Positions 30,301 through 44,180 of a DNA stretch of 64,000 nucleotides are shown here, piece by piece (position 1 is the stretch's first letter; every line of letters starts with the position of its first letter). Origin of the DNA: the human T2T-CHM13v2.0 reference genome, Homo sapiens; the NCBI RefSeq assembly GCF_009914755.1, contig NC_060948.1; one strand, given 5' to 3'. The notes beneath the pieces are model-generated. The model was not told where the DNA came from and ran no database searches. It worked only from the letters and a program-made list of their open reading frames with translations. The position numbers and the translations under genes were made by a program.

Positions 30301-33300
30301 GATAATTCTAGGGCTTAGATGTATAATACCATATAAGTCCTATATTCATGTAGGAGAATTGCCTTCATCCATCTGTGATGGAGAAAGCCTTTAGTGTCAG
30401 CTGGGTGTGCATAAGAGACTTACAATTTCCTCTGTGTGCTAGACCCTGTTATGACACTCTCTATACAATGCAAGGGTGTTATAAAATATGTGTGAGTGTT
30501 TTAATCTTCTTTGACATTTTTACCAGAAGGAGATCCTGGACATCACTCATGTCCCTCAACCTTGTTATAAAAGTGGCCTTATTGGCTGGGTCAACATATG
30601 GGAGTCATTATCATGCCTCTTAACTGTGCCTAGGAATATGTCACATCCCCACTGTGATTATAAAACAGGCAGGACAAACACATCACCTAAGTCCTAAGCC
30701 ACAAATATTTCAATATTCTCTTTGTTGGCACGGCCATAAGAGAAATATCACAAAATTTGTGGGCTATGCACAGCTTTAAGGTGTAATGTCCCTTGTGGAA
30801 AGTGTCCAGGCAGGAGAGGAGAGACATACCACATAAAGGATGGACCACAGATATATGACAATGCCTCCTGTTGAAAAGGCTTAGGCAAGAGGATCATGTA
30901 ATTTGTATGTAGTGCTTAGAAATGGTACATTATTCACTGGAAGCAGGGTTTACGCAGGAGAGAAGAGTCACATAACCAAGATTATTGATTCAGAGATATG
31001 TTAAAATCCCATCTGAGGACAGTGTTAAAACATGAGAATCAAATCACTGAGGTTTTTTGTCCAGGTTTATGTCAAAATGACATGTGGAGGCTGAAACTAG
31101 GAAGGGTTATTAAATCACTCAGGATATGGGGATGGTAAAACTCACAATAACCCCTGTGGAAAGATTCAGAGATGAGTGTCACCATCCTGCGTATCCTGGC
31201 TCCAGGTACAAGAGTCATTATTAGGCTTTTTATCTGGTCTCAGCTATATGGCACTATATAACCCATGGGTTGGAAGAAGAAAGGAAAGCCTCATCATCTG
31301 AGTGGGTACTGGTACAGTGAAATGTTACAATTCTCCTTGTGAGCAGGATATTGGTAGAAGATTCACATCACCTGGATGCAGGTTTCAGTAATATATCTAA
31401 ATCCTGCCTGTGAGTAGGACTCAGGCAGTGAAGGAGACAAACTCTACCTAGGCTGTTGGTCAGGATATGTTGCAGAGTGGCCCCTATGTGCAGGACCAAG
31501 GCAGGAGAACGATCTCACCTGGGTGCTTGGTTCTGCAATATGTCGCAATCTCTGTGCTGGTCAGGGCCCAGAAAAAATAGAAGACACATCACCAAGGTGC
31601 TAAGCCAAGTGATATGTTACAAAGCTTTCTGTTGGGAGAATCCTCTCCAAAAAGAGTCACATCACCTGTGTTGAATAACCAGTTATGAGTCACAGTGCAC
31701 CCTAAGTGCAGGGCCAAGGCAGTAGAAAAAAGTCACATAATTTATGTAATGGACCTAGATAAAAGCCATAGTGCTTTTTGGAATCAGTGTTAAGGCCAAG
31801 ATTTTACATCAGCTGGGTGCTGGTTTAAGTGGTCTGTAAAAGTGCCCTTTGTCACATTGCCAAAGAAAGTGTTATTTTTTGCTTAGGTGCTTGGTGCACC
31901 TATGTCACAATTTCAACTGTGTTCTGGGCCTAGAAATGATAGTCAAAGTACTCAGATGCTGGGTAAGCTCATACTTTTCAATTGTATCCTTGAAAACGTT
32001 CAGAAATAAGTTTCACAGTCCCACACAAGTCCTGGTTTTTGGTATGAGAGTTAACACGTCCTATGAGTTGGCTTGAAGGGTAACAGAAGTCACAGTCTCA
32101 ACAATGAGCAAGATCCATGTATCGTAGCCCAAATCCTGCTTGAAGATTGTGTTCCAGTAGAAGAGTCAAATGACCAAACCTCTGATGAATCACGGTTGAA
32201 ATGTCACAAAACCACCTGTGGATCAGATTTATGTATGAGAGTCACAACTTCAATATTTGACTGCTTATGTGTGTAAGATTTAGTACCTCACTGGTAGGCT
32301 CTGTTCATGTGTAAGAAATACAATTGTGTCAGCTAGGTGTACATCCAAAAGTCACAATACTACCTGGTTGCAGGTGCCTCTAATGATACTCTTTGTATCC
32401 CTCAGGCTTTATATGATATGCCTGGTAGCATACTTTTCTGTCAGTTCCTACAGGTGGGAAATCTAGGACTTGGCAAGCAATATGTAACAATGCATTCTCT
32501 AGAAATGAGGGTTACCTTAACTGGGTACTGGCCCAGCAATATGACAAAATCCCAAATATAGAAAAAGTAAACCCACCCAAATAATGAGAGCACAATCACT
32601 TACAGAGTGTGCACAAGGTATATAAAAATGCTTTCTGTTTCTCTGACACATGCAAGACAGTTACATCATCAGGATTGGGGTGTGGGCAGCAATAGGACAT
32701 AATTATCTCTTTATGCCTGACCTAGGCAGAAAAGGAATATCATCTGAGTGCTGGGCCCTGCAATGCATCAAAATTCATTTTCTTGGGCATTGCTTGGGAC
32801 AAAAAACAGTGTCATATTACCTAAGCATTGGGCTTAGCAATATGTCACATAACCCCATTTCAAAGGCTGGCAGAAGAAGAGTCACATCACTTATGAGTCA
32901 GACTCACATATATGGCTTAATGTCCCAAGTAGGTAGGGCTCAGGCAGAAAATAAGAGTCATATCACCTAAGTCCTTCTCTCCTTATATGAAAAAATCTAA
33001 CATGTGAGGTGAAGCCAGGCAGAAGAGTCACATCAACTTGATGGTGGAACCTACGATATGTCTCAAGGCTCCCTTAGGACAGTACCCAGGCAAGAGTGTT
33101 ACAGCAAATAAGTGCATGTTCTGCCCTTATGTAACAATGCCACATGTGGATAGGGCCTAAGCAGGGAGTCACATCACCTAGGTGATAAGCCCAGAGATAT
33201 GTCACAATGTCATCCTTGAGGCATGGCCTCAAGGAAGTGCTGAAAGACTATCACTACCTGTTTGCTTAGCCTAGCAATATGTCACAATCTAGGTAAGCAG

Positions 33301-36300
33301 GACCCAAGCAGGAGAGCAATATCACCTATGTGATAGGCCCACAGATTTTTCACATTGCCCTTTTTATGACATGGCCCTAGCCAAAGAGTACTGTCATCTG
33401 TGTGCCTGGCCCAGCCATATGTCACTATTCCCCACTGTGTGCAAGGTCCATTCTAATGAGGAGAGTTACATCACCTAGGTGGTTGACACAGCGATATGTC
33501 ACAATGATTTCTGTGGGCATGGTTCAGGCGATTCTTACTGAGAGTAGGGCCCATGCAGGAGGGTCAAATCACCTAAAGATTGTCCCACATTGATTTCGAA
33601 ATAACGTAACTGGGCTGGAAACAGTCAGAGAGTCAAATCAGACAAATGCTCAGAAAATATTTACATCACAATCACACTGGCAGAAAATTCCCAGGATAAG
33701 ATTAACAATACCACACATGTTCTGTTTTCATTAGTGACAATTGGCTTTATATATGTGAGGTGGTGACAGTCCTTACTGTCAGTTGGGTGTTCATATGAGA
33801 CTCACAATTTTACCTTTCTGACAGGTTCTGTTATGACACTTTCTATACAAGACAAAGCCTTTTCCATATCACTTATACTGTTATAATCTTCCATGACCTT
33901 TTTACCATAAAGAGATTTAATCACTTGTGTTTCTAAAACAAGTTAAGAGAGTCAAAATTACTCCTATTTGGTGGAGGGAGTCTACATATGACAGTCATTA
34001 TCATGCCTGTGAGCTTTTCTTAGGTATATGTCCCAACTTACTCTGTGGTAATGAAACAGGCATGAGATCCATATAATCTAAATGCTGTGGCAGAAATCTT
34101 CCAATATTCTTTTTTGGCAAATTTCTAGAAGAAAAATCACATAACTTTGGGGCTACGCCCGACTGTATGGGACAACACCCCTTGTGGGCAGTGTTTGACA
34201 GAAGAGGAGAGAAATATTAAATAAATGGTAGGTTCAGAGATAAGTTATAGTGGTAACTTGTTGAAAGGACCAGGCAAGAAAATCATATCATTTAAATGCA
34301 GTCCTTAGAAATACTACAATCTCCAGTGGAAGTAGAATCCAGGCGGGACATGACAGTGAGGCACCTAGATTGAGGGTCCAGAGACATGTTACAAAGCTTC
34401 CTAAAGATACTGTTAAGCCAGGAGAGTCAAATCACCAAAGTGCTCAGCTGAGATATATGTCCAAATCTCAATTGTGTGCTGCACCTAGGCAGGATTACTA
34501 AATCACTCAGGGGCTGGGCAAAAGTATATGTCACTATAACACTAGTGGAAAATTCCAGGAATAGGAGTCACCATCATGCCTATGACCTGGCTCTAGGTTT
34601 AAGAGTCATGATTAGTCCTCTTATCTGGTCTCAGTTATATGGGACAATATCCCTTGTGAGCGCAGAGGAAGCAAAATATCACATCACCTGGGTGGATGTT
34701 GGTCCAGTGAGATGTCACAATCATCGTGGGCAGAATTCTGGAAGAAGGGTCACATCACCTGGATGCTGGTTTAACTGATTTATCAAAATTCCCCTTTTGG
34801 GCTGGGCTTAGAAAGGAGAGGGGACTCACTTCACCTAGGCAATTGGTGTACATATGTGTCACAATGGCCACTGTGTGCAGGACTAATGTTTGGAAGAGAT
34901 CACAACTTGGTGCTGGATTTAGCCATATGTCACAATCTCCCTTGTGGTCAGCGCAAGGCAAGAGAGGAAAAACATCACCTAGGTGCTGTGCTGAGCCAAG
35001 TTATGTGTTACAAAGCTTTCTGATGGCAAAACCCAAAATGCAGTCACATCACTTGGGAGCAGTACCCCGTTATTTGTAACAATGCACCATTAATGCAGGG
35101 CCAAGGGATTAGAATTGGATAACATCACTTACATGATGAACCCAGACATAAGCCACAGTGCTTTTTATAGGTAGGGATTAGGCAAATAATTCACATCACC
35201 TGGGAGATGGTCCTAGTTGACATGTAAAAGGGCCCTTTTTATATAGGCCCAAGAACCTATGCTTAGGTGTATGGTCCAAGTATATCACAATTTCATCTGT
35301 GGTCATGGCCTAAAAAAACCAGTCAGATTATTCAGGAGCTGGGATAACTGTTATGTCCTAATCACACACTAGACGATATTCAGAAATAAGTTTCACAGTC
35401 CCACACAACTCCTGGCTTTGTGTATGTGAGTTAACACCTCCTGTGAGTTGGGTCAAAGCAGAGGAGTCCCAGTCTCAAAAATTGGCAAGATCCATGTATA
35501 AGATGCCCAATCCCACTTGAAGACTGTGTTCCAGTGGGGGAGTCACAGCCTCACAGGTGTGCAGAATCATGCAAAACCAAATCACTCATGAATCAGGTCC
35601 GTGTATAAGAGGAACAATTTCAACCTTAAATTGCTCATTTGTGTGAGATTTAGTACCTTATTTGTAGATAATATTCTTGTGAGAAAATGACAATCATGCC
35701 AGCTAGGTGTGTATCCAAGAGTCACAATCACACCTGGTTAGCGTTCCCTGTTACGACAGTTTTTGTACCACTCAGGCTTTATATGATATGCCTGAGTGTC
35801 ATAATCCTTTGTGAACTTTATACAATTAGGTGACTCATTTCTTTACTTATGGCCATGAAGCTGACTATGAGAGGCAAATTATCGCTCCTTTCTGGGTAAT
35901 GGTAAGATAATTAAATTTGTGCCTGTAAGCTGAACCCAGATGCATGTCAAAATTTCCCCTGAGGGCAGAAACAAAGCAGCATAGTCATGTTACCTGGATT
36001 CTGAGCACAGAATACATTATAATCTCCTTCACATGCAGGCCAAGTCAGAAGAGTCATGTCAAATTGTAACAACCTCAAGGAATATGGCACCATGTAAACT
36101 GTAGACATGGTTGAAGAAAAAAAAGTCACACCATGTAGGTGCTTAGCTCAGCAATATGTAATAATTTCCTCTTTTGGCTGATTCCAGAATAAAGAGGAGA
36201 GTTACATTACCTAGGTTTTGCACTCAGTAGTATGTCACAATTCCTTTTGTGAGCAGAACCTAGGCAAGAGATGAGAGTCACATTTCCTAGATGCTATGAC

Positions 36301-36491
36301 CAGCAATGTCACAATGTGCCTTGGGGCAAAAGCAAAGGAAAAATATGCAAATCATCTAACTGATAGGCTCAGAGAAATGTGATAATATCCCTTGCTATCA
36401 GGGCCCAGGCAGAAAAGTCACATTTTTATGATTCTTACTCAATGATATGCCAAAATACACACATGGGAAACAATGTAAGCAAAAGTTTTAA

Positions 36492-36822
<331 letters not shown>

Positions 36823-38835
36823 CAATATCCTAAGTTTTGAGAGTGACACTTTTAACTGTTAGCTTGGGGTCTATAACAAAGTCACACGGTCACATGTGTA
36901 CTGGGACACCAAATGACATTGTCTACAACATCCCAGGGCTTCATATGGCATGAATTATATTTGCAAACTTCTCTGAGGCCCATATGCTTGTATGAACTCA
37001 CAATCTTATATATTGCCTTAAATTCAGGTACAATAGTCAACATCTCTCATTTGGGCTACGTTCAGGAAGGAGAACCATTTTTATGCCTGTGAGGTGGGTC
37101 CAAAAATAAGTCACGATCGCACCTGAGGCCAGATGCACATGTGAGAGTCACAATTCCATTTTTGTACTGTTTTCTCATGTTAAACTTAGTAACTCAGCAG
37201 TATACTTTGTAATTGTGGGATGGTGACAATTTTACTTTCACCTGGGTGTGCAACTGAGAGTCAAAATTTTAACTTTTTGCTGGGCCTTGTTATGAAACTC
37301 TCTGTACCACCCATAAAGTTTATACAAAAATGAATTGTTTTTGTAAACTTCCATGAGCTTTGTACAAATATGCAACCCAGAATTTTTTCTATTGCCATAA
37401 GCCTAGTGATGAGAGGCAAAATATCTTCTATTGGCTGAATCCCAATATAGGTTTGATCATCATGCCTGTGAACTGAGCAAGGTATGTTCCATAATCCCAT
37501 CAGTGGGAAAAAAGTTAGAAAAAGAGTAACATCACTTAGGTGATGTGGCAATCAACATGTCAGAATGTTCCCTCTAGGCAGAATCTAGGAAGGAGGGTCA
37601 CATTAACTGGGTGCTGGAACCAGCAATATGTCAATTCCACATGTTGAAAAACATAAAAAAGTGATGAGAGCCAAAACACTTAAGAATAAGTCAAAGATAT
37701 TTCAAAATACTCTCTGTGGCTCTGGCATAGGCAGGACAGAACTGCAGTGAAAGAATTATATTACCTTGGTGCAGGTTTAACTTTTATGTCACAGTGATCT
37801 ATACAGGTGAGGCCCAAGTATTCAGTCACATCACCTAGGTGATAAGCCCAGAGATATGTCACAAGGACCTCCTTGAAATATAGCCCTGGCAAAATGTATC
37901 ATTACCTGTGTTCCTGATCTACCAATATGTCACCCCATCCTCTGTGCTCAGGGCACCTTCCAGAGAAAGGAGTTACATCACCTAAGAGGTGAACACAGTA
38001 ATATGTCACAATGATATCTGTGGGTGTGGTCCAGGCAAGAATATAACATCATCTGGATGTTAGATCCAGTGATATGTCATTATCCTTACTGAGAAAAGGG
38101 ACCAGGCAGGAGAATCACATCACCTAGACATTGGATCAGGATGAGGTAGAGATTATAATCCCATATATGTGCTAGAACCTGTCTGGAGAGTCAAATCACA
38201 CAGATGCTTGGCAAGATATGAATGACATTCACACTTGGAGGATATTGCAGAGATGAGATTTACAATAACATACATGTCCTGTTTTCATGTTTCACAGTAG
38301 GCTTCATATTTATGAGATGCAGACAATACTTCCTGTCAGCTGGATATGTATATGAGACTCCCAATTTCATCTTTTGGCTGGGTTTTGTTATGGCATTATC
38401 TGCACAAGCCAAAAGTTGTAAAATATCTCAGGCTGCTATAATCTTCTGTGAACTTTTTACCAGAAAGATATCTGAGACATCACTTGCATTGCTAAACCAA
38501 GTTACATGAGTCAAACTTACTCCTATTTCAGGGGTCCACATATGAGTCATTATCATGCCTGTGAGCTGTGCCTAGTTATTTGTCAAATGTTACTCTGTAG
38601 TAATGAAACAGGCATGACAGTCACATAACGTAAATGCTGAGACAGAAATGTTCCAATATTCTCTTTGTAGGCAGGTTCTTCACAGAAAAATCACATAACT
38701 TCGGGGGTCTATGCCCAACTCTACGGCACAGTGTCTCTTGTGGGTAATGTCAGGCAGAAGAAGAGAGTCATATTACCTAAATGATAGGCCCATAGATATG
38801 TTACAATGCCACCTGTTGAAAGGGCTAGGCAGGTA

Positions 38836-40009
38836 TCATTTATAATTATAGTCATTTTGTATCTTATTGTAGCTTTGATTTGCATTTTTCTAATAATAAT
38901 GTTGAGCATCTTTGCACACGCTTGGCCATTTCTATGTCTTCTTTGGAGAAATGTCACTTGGTGTCTCTTGCCTATTACTAAATTTTCTGTTATTTTTGCT
39001 TTAAGTTTCTCATATATTCTTTATATTTTTCCATTGCCATATGTATATTTTGCAAGTATATTCTCCCACACTGTAAGTTGTTCCTTCACTCTGTTAATTT
39101 ATTTTTGCTATGTAATTATTATTATTATTTTTTTTAGAATCTGGTAATTTTATTTGTCCGCTTTTGTTTTTCTTGCCTGTTCTTTTGAGGTCTTATTTAA
39201 ATTTTTTTTCCTGTCCTATTTGGTAAAGAATTTCTCTATGTTTTATTCAAATAATTTTATACATTTGAGTTTACATTTCAATCTTCTACTTATTTTTATT
39301 TAAATTATTTTAATATGGTAACAGGTAGGAACCTAGTTGTATTCCTCTGTATTTAAATAATCAATTTTCCCAGTACCATTCATTGAAAAGATTGTCTTTT
39401 CTTAAATGTATGTTCTGAACCACTCAAAAATTACTTGGCTCTAGGTTTATGAATTTTATTACTGGGATCACTGGATACTTTGGTCTATGTGTCTGTTTTC
39501 TATGCCATTATCATGCTGTTTTGCTTGTTATAGCTTTGCAGTATGTTTTGAATTCAGGTGGTTTGATATTGTCAGCTTTGTTCTTTTTTCACAGGATTAC
39601 TTTAGCTATTTCAAGAGTTTGTTTGTTTGTTTGTTTTGGTTCCACATAAATTTTGTGCCTCTTTATCTCATTTCTATACAAAAATATTCATGATATTTTT
39701 AGAGAGTTTGCATAGAATCTGTAGATTTCTTGTGTAGCATAGCTATCTTACCTATATTTTTTATAACTCATGAGAAAAATATCTATTTTTTTTACTTTTT
39801 TACCAATGTTTTATAATTTATTGTGTGGAGACTTTTTCTCTTTTTAATTAAGTCTACTTCTACACACCTTTATTTTTTATTCTAGATAAACAAAAAGTAT
39901 TTGGAAAATTTTACATGCCTTTGTAATTAAAACAAGTTAACAAATTAGGTATAGATGTTATGTACTTCAACACAGCTAAGGCAAAATATGACAAATCAAT
40001 AGCAGTTAT
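38836..40009. mobile_element. Old L1 ORF2/3' fragments: antisense to ~39880, then sense; sense part resumes at 46627-47030
   Basis: TTTGATTTGCATTTTTCTAATAATAATGTTGAGCAT (antisense L1); AACAAATTAGGTATAGA...TATGACAAA and CTGTTTGCAGATCACATGATT (sense L1). Confidence 0.8.
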
Positions 40010-43000
40010 TGTTACTGGTGGGTCTTCTTTATTCTCAGAGCTCCCAAGATGGTAGTAGGCTGCTCCCAACATGAGGCAGACAGCTCCCAAGATGACAGCA
40101 AGCTTTTTCTTCTCTGACCTGGGGTCTTGGCCTCAGGGATTCCAAGGAATGGAATCTTGGGCCATGCGGTGAGTGTTATAGCCCTACTAGAGGCTGTGGT
40201 TCATGGAAGAGAACCATGGAAGCCAGCAAATAGTGTTCAGCTCGATTAGGACAAACCTGGGCACTTAGCCATGCAGGAACAATGGTGAGCCTGTAGCCCA
40301 ATCAGGCGTGGCAATGGATGTCTAGCTGGATTAGGAGAACCATGAACACCCTGCTGGATCCAGAGGGGTGGAAGTCAGTGGCTGGTCTGCCATGGCAGCA
40401 TTTAGCAGTGATTATCGGAGAGCAAAATCTCAGCTTCAGCAGGAACAAATACAGACCAGAGGACTGTGCAGTTGCAAGATTTAATAGAGTGAAAACAGAG
40501 CTACCATAAAATGGGAAGGGACCCAAACATGGTTGCCCCTTCCTGCTCTAATGCCAGGGTTTATATCCCAACCATTGTCTCTCCCGTCTGTGTTCTCAGG
40601 TGATATATGATTTGACTATTTCTTTATCTCCAGCTTTTGACTAATTTGTATTTTAGTTAACCCTCTTTACTATCTGATTGGTCATGTGTGAGCTGAGTTA
40701 CAAGCCCCATGTTTAAAGGTAGGTGTGGTCACCTTCCTCAGCTAGGCTTAGGAATTCTTAGTCAGCCCAGGATATCCAGCTTGTCCTATCTGTCAGTCCC
40801 CTCTCTAAACAGGAAAACCAAAGTGCTGTTGGGGAGGTTGGACAGAGATGGCTCTTAACTGCTTCCTGTTGAATTGGGGTGTAGTAGGGGTTGTGCAGTT
40901 GAGATTTCCTCAGGAGTGGTGCCTTTAATGTCATTAACATCAGATCATGGGATAGCAGGCCAGTTCAGTGGTCCAAGATAGATCTTAGTCATGGACTGCA
41001 TCTGGAACTCCATTTGAAGAATGATTAGTAGTTTTTACAGCTTCGATTCTGGAAGAGAAAAACTTAACAAGATGGTTAAAGGTACAGGGATTGAAATGTA
41101 TGGCTTGAAGTGCAGGGGATTGTTTCTTAGGTACACTTCACAGGCCCTGACTATCTAACTGATAGTTTTGAAAAGGCCTGGTCCAGTAAATAATGATTTG
41201 GTCATCTGATGGATGCTATCAATGCCTAAATGAAAGGTTAGGTGAAAGGTCTGAAGTAATTTCCATTGGTTAGCTGCAGGCAAAATTATTTTTTCTTCTT
41301 CAGTGGGTAGCCATCCTAAAGGGCAGAAACTATGTCATCATGAGGTTCCCCATTGTATTTCTTCTGCTAAATACTGGGGCTTGATTTCCCAGAGGGGATT
41401 ATCCCATACTATGGGTCCTTCTATAAACATTTCTAATGAAGTCCCACATTGGGGCTCTTTTGCCTTCAATATCCGCATGGCAGTCCCCTTCTATTTCCTT
41501 TTTCTTTCCTTTCTGATGACCCTGGCAGTGTAAGAATGCCACCTCTTTAGTTTTCTCTACAGCCAATAATAATCTCCTAATGGTTTTCTGATGTTTGATA
41601 GGTATTCCCTTAGAAGTTAGGAATTCCCTTTCTTTTCATATTGCTGCGTGGGCATGGAGGACTAAATGGGTATTAGCTTTCTGAGTTTCTTTAATTAGTG
41701 TGTATAATGGCCTGGCTATTTCACTGTACCTGGGAATCAATATTCAGCAGAAACCTGATAATGCAAAGGAACCCTCTTAATTGATCCAGGGTTTTGGGAT
41801 AAGCATAAGGAAGTATAGGCTGTATGGATTCCTCACTGAGGACCCTGGTGGCTTTGGATAAATTTTAGCCCTGAGTATTTAATCTGGTGCAAACACAGCT
41901 GAGTCTTTGGTTTGGAAATCTTGTAGCCACAGGTGGCAAGGAAGTTCAAGAGCATGTGGGTGGCTTGATGGCACAAGATTTCTGAACGGGTGGCTAAAAG
42001 TAATTCTTCCACATACTGAAGGACAAGAATGTCCAAGTATGAGAACTGTCTCAAGTCTTGGGTTAATGCCTTGTCAAATAGATGGGGCCTATCCCTGAAA
42101 CCTTGGGTAAAACAGTCCAGGTTAGTTGAGACATTGGATTCAAAGGATCTTCAAAGGCAAACAAAAATTGAGAGTCAGGATGTACAGGGATGAAGAAAAA
42201 GGCATCCTTGAGATCCAGGACTGTAAACCACTCACTTCCTCTGGTATTTGGGAAAGTAGAGTACAAGGGTTAGATGCATCTGAGTATAGATTGACAATGG
42301 CCTTATTGATAATCCTGAGATCTTGCACTAACCTCCCCTCTCCATTTGGTTTTTGTACTCCTAAAATTGGAGCATTGTTGGGACTATTGCATGATTTTAC
42401 CAGGACTTGGGCTTTTAGGTCCTTAACATCTTCTGGAGTCCTTGTTGAGCCTTGGGTCTAAGGGTTTACTGCCTTTGGTAGGGAAAGGAGGCAGAATCTT
42501 TTCATTTAACTTTAATGGGATGGACAATCTTTGCTTGTCCTTTTTGTACTTCTGTTGCCCAGACTTCAAGATTAATTCCCTCTTCAAGTAAGGTACAACA
42601 AATGGTGTACCTAATCGAAAGACAAGTGAAAGCTCTGTGAGGGTGACGGCATGGGCTTCCACTTGCCCCAGGCACCGTCATTCCTGCTGCTAGATCATCT
42701 GGTTAATGTCTTCTGACTCAGAGGATTTTTGTCACCTGGGGCAGTGGTTTTCCAGTGATTCCCTTGACATAAGGCACTTGGATGAGGGGGAGCTTATTTC
42801 TATTCAGACAATCTTTATTAAAGTGTCCTCATAGACTGCACTGGAAGCAAACCCTATTATGCATTTGATTTGCCCAGGCTTTCCCTGTTCCAGAGCCTCC
42901 AAAGTCCACTTGCCTGAGGACCATGACTAAAGTGGTGGCCTTTTATTTATTTATTTATTTAAATCATGTATGTCCCATTCTGCCTGCTCCTCCTGATCTT

Positions 43001-43817
43001 TATTATAAAAAAACAGAGGTTGCCAAGTTCAATAGTGTTTCTGAGTTTTTCTCTGGGCCTAAGGCAGACTTTTGTTTTTTTTTCTAATATCTGCAGCTGA
43101 CTGAGTGATAAACTAATCCTTTAAGATTAGTTGGCCTTCAATAGAGTCAGGTGACAGAGTAGTATGATTGCTCAATGCCTCCATTAGTCTCTCCAGAAAG
43201 GCAGTAGGATTTTCTTCCTTTCCATTTGTTATAGTGGACATCACTGAATAATTCACAGGCTTCTGCCTAGTTTTCCTTAGTTATTCTAACATGCAAGCTA
43301 GCAAATGTCTGTGGCACCACTTTCCATGTTCTGATTATGCATTCCAATGAGCATCCACACTAGGAACTGCCTGCTGGCCTGTGGGGAATTGTTCTCTTTC
43401 CTCTGTTATCATCCTATCATTGACATGACTGAGATACCAGAGGTCACCAAACTCTCAGGCTGCTGCTATGGAGGCACTTATTTCATTTAGGGTGAGTGCC
43501 TGATCTAGTAGTAACATTATGTCTCTCCATGTAAGATCAAAGGATTGCCCTAACCCTTATAAAACATCAGTAGTGCCATCAGGGTTATATGATAATTTGC
43601 CTAGGTCTATTTTGACTTGCTTTAAGTCTGAAAGGGAAAAAGGTACAGATACTCTGACTGCGCCGAATTCTCCAGTATATATCATAGGGGCATTTTTGAC
43701 TTGGGGGGAATGATTCTCATCAGAAAAAAGAACACAGGGATGCCAACACCCCTAGTCATTTTCTGATAAGCGTTAGTTCCTAGAGCGTCCTCTATGGTCC
43801 TAATGCTTATTCCTTTA

Positions 43818-44180
43818 CAGGGTGCATAACGACACATGGACCTCTGTTTCTCAGATTAGCGATGCTCACTGATGTAGCAGTACTGTACCCCTTTTCCCAC
43901 CTTTCTTGACCACAAAGAAATGGGTCTGGGTTGCTGGAATCCAGCGGTCCTTTAACCAGCATGCCCAACATTGCCTTTGTGCTCAGAGGTGAGTTTCTAT
44001 CCAGGGTGTGTAACCACCCATGGACCTCTGCTTATCAGATTAGTTATGCTCACTGATGTAGAAGTTCTGAACCCCTTTTCCTGCCTTTTTTGACTGCAGA
44101 GAAAGGGAACCAGGCTGCTGGATTCTAGTGGTCCTTTACCAGCATACCCAACATTGCCTTTGTACTCAGGGGTGAGTTCT
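43818..44180. repeat. ~184-bp tandem duplication in the HERV-W leader
   Basis: CATGGACCTCTG...GCTCACTGATGTAG...CCAACATTGCCTTTGT..TCAG.GGTGAGTT occurs twice, 184 bp apart. Confidence 0.88.

Noticed and set aside
41833-42662. RT-like ORFs as a functional pol gene
   Set aside because: Fragmented by frameshifts and deletions; catalytic motif is YVEE
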